Part shown: one piece after another, positions 62,822 through 64,000 of the stretch | Layout: each line of letters starts with the position of its first letter | Numbering within the stretch: position 1 is the stretch's first letter | Origin: Okamejei kenojei | Taxonomy: Eukaryota | Length of the DNA stretch: 64,000 nucleotides | Reading direction: 5' to 3' | Assembly: GCA_035221665.1 (NCBI GenBank) | Contig: CM069152.1 | Span: forward strand, 23,622,001-23,686,000 | Translations under genes and position numbers: made by a program | Notes under the pieces: model-generated | The model's input: the letters and a program-made list of their open reading frames with translations, nothing else | The model's database searches: none | Told to the model about the DNA's origin: nothing

Positions 62822-63315
62822 GCAGGGGAACAGTTCCATCCAAGATTGCAAGAAATTGCAGAGAATTGTGAATGCAGCCATTATGCAAAGCAACCTCCCT
62901 TCCATTGATTCCATCTACACTTCACGTCGCCTCGGTAAGGCCACCAGCATAATCAAGGACGAGTCTCACCCCAATGACTCCCTCTTCTCCCCTCTCCCAT
63001 CAGGCAAGAGGTACAGAAGCGTGAAAACGTATACCTCCAGATTCAAGGATAGTTTATCTCCTGAGTTGTTATCAGGCAAATGAACTATCCTATCACCAAC
63101 TAGAGAGTGGCCCTGATCTACCATTTACCTCACTGGAGAATCTTGGACTATCTTTAATTGGGCGTTATCTTGCACTAAACAATATTCCTTTTATCCTGTA
63201 TTTGTACGCTGTGGACAACTTGATTGTAATCATGTATTGTCTTTCGGTGACCGGATAGCACACAACAAATAGGTTGATCCCTGCACCTGGGTACACGTGA
63301 CAATAAACTAAACTT
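62822..63315 (+). mobile_element. Rex1/Babar-like LINE 3' fragment
   Basis: LQRIVNAA...LPSGKRYRSVKTYTSRFKDS plus 3'UTR ending CAATAAACTAAAC. Confidence 0.7.
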
Positions 63316-63804
63316 AGCTGAACGAACACACCCCGCACATCAACAGCGGGGAGATAAAACCACAGCGTCCAGCCTGGGATCGGGACCTGGCATGCGTGAT
63401 CAACATCCGTGGGACGATTCCCACACTCACAGCAGCAAACGAGGTCTGCTTACCTACAGACTTCGGTGCCAGAATGCTCTGCAGCATCAGCTGAGCTGAG
63501 AGTGTAGGAATGAGTGTTTGTGGCGCAGGATGACAATCGGAATGTCTGAGAAAGGAAAATATGAATTCTTCAGCACTGTTCATGATCTATGACACTCAGA
63601 TCCATCTAAACACTTCTAAAAGATAGTTGGAGACACAAGGAACTGCCGATGCTGGAATATTGGGCAAAACGCAAAGCAGGGGAGGAGCTCAGCGGGCCAG
63701 GCAGATGCTGCACGATCCGCTGAGCTTCTGCAGCAACTTGTGCTTTACCTCAATCGATGAGCCAAGGCAGGTGGCCCTGCTGCTAGAGGTCCGAGCACCT
63801 TCAA

Positions 63805-63965
63805 TAAACCCCTACTGTCATGGGTTAGTGTACACCTTTTAATGCCTCACTACACCCGTTGCCAAGGGTCTACTCTGCACACCTCTAATGTCTCGCTAAC
63901 CCCCGTTGTCATGGGTTACCGTGCATCCTCGGCGTGTCCCTGACCCCCGTTGCCATGGGTTACTG
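63805..63965. repeat. ~44-bp degenerate tandem repeat (ACCCCCGTTGTCATGGGTTA core)
   Basis: Four visible units. Confidence 0.6.
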
Positions 63966-64000
63966 CGCTCCCTGTGTGGCACCGATCCGTGTCCAGGAAC

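Overview
Vertebrate genomic DNA. The repeat content (V-SINE/HE1-like SINEs, CR1, Penelope-type and Rex1-like fragments) points to a cartilaginous fish, probably a skate or ray; this is inference. Two convergent spliced genes are present. ABCA3 on + has 24 coding exons at 1923-38395, with its 5' part outside the window. ANKS3 on - has 15 coding exons from ATG at 62774 to TGA at 44785. Between their 3' ends lies a U11 minor-spliceosome snRNA gene (-, ~41567-41700) with candidate PSE and octamer. An ABCA3 intron holds a ~4.9-kb DIRS tyrosine-recombinase retrotransposon with ITRs, ICR and frameshifted gag/RT/RNaseH/MT/YR. Other elements: two inverted copies of a ~1.05-kb non-autonomous DNA transposon with 7-bp TSDs, a Harbinger MITE, many LINE/SINE fragments, hammerhead-like Penelope-type repeats and minisatellites. 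Most ORFs in the supplied track are spurious or repeat-derived. Exon boundaries were read by eye from GT/AG sites and frame continuity, and homology calls rest on recalled sequences, not searches.
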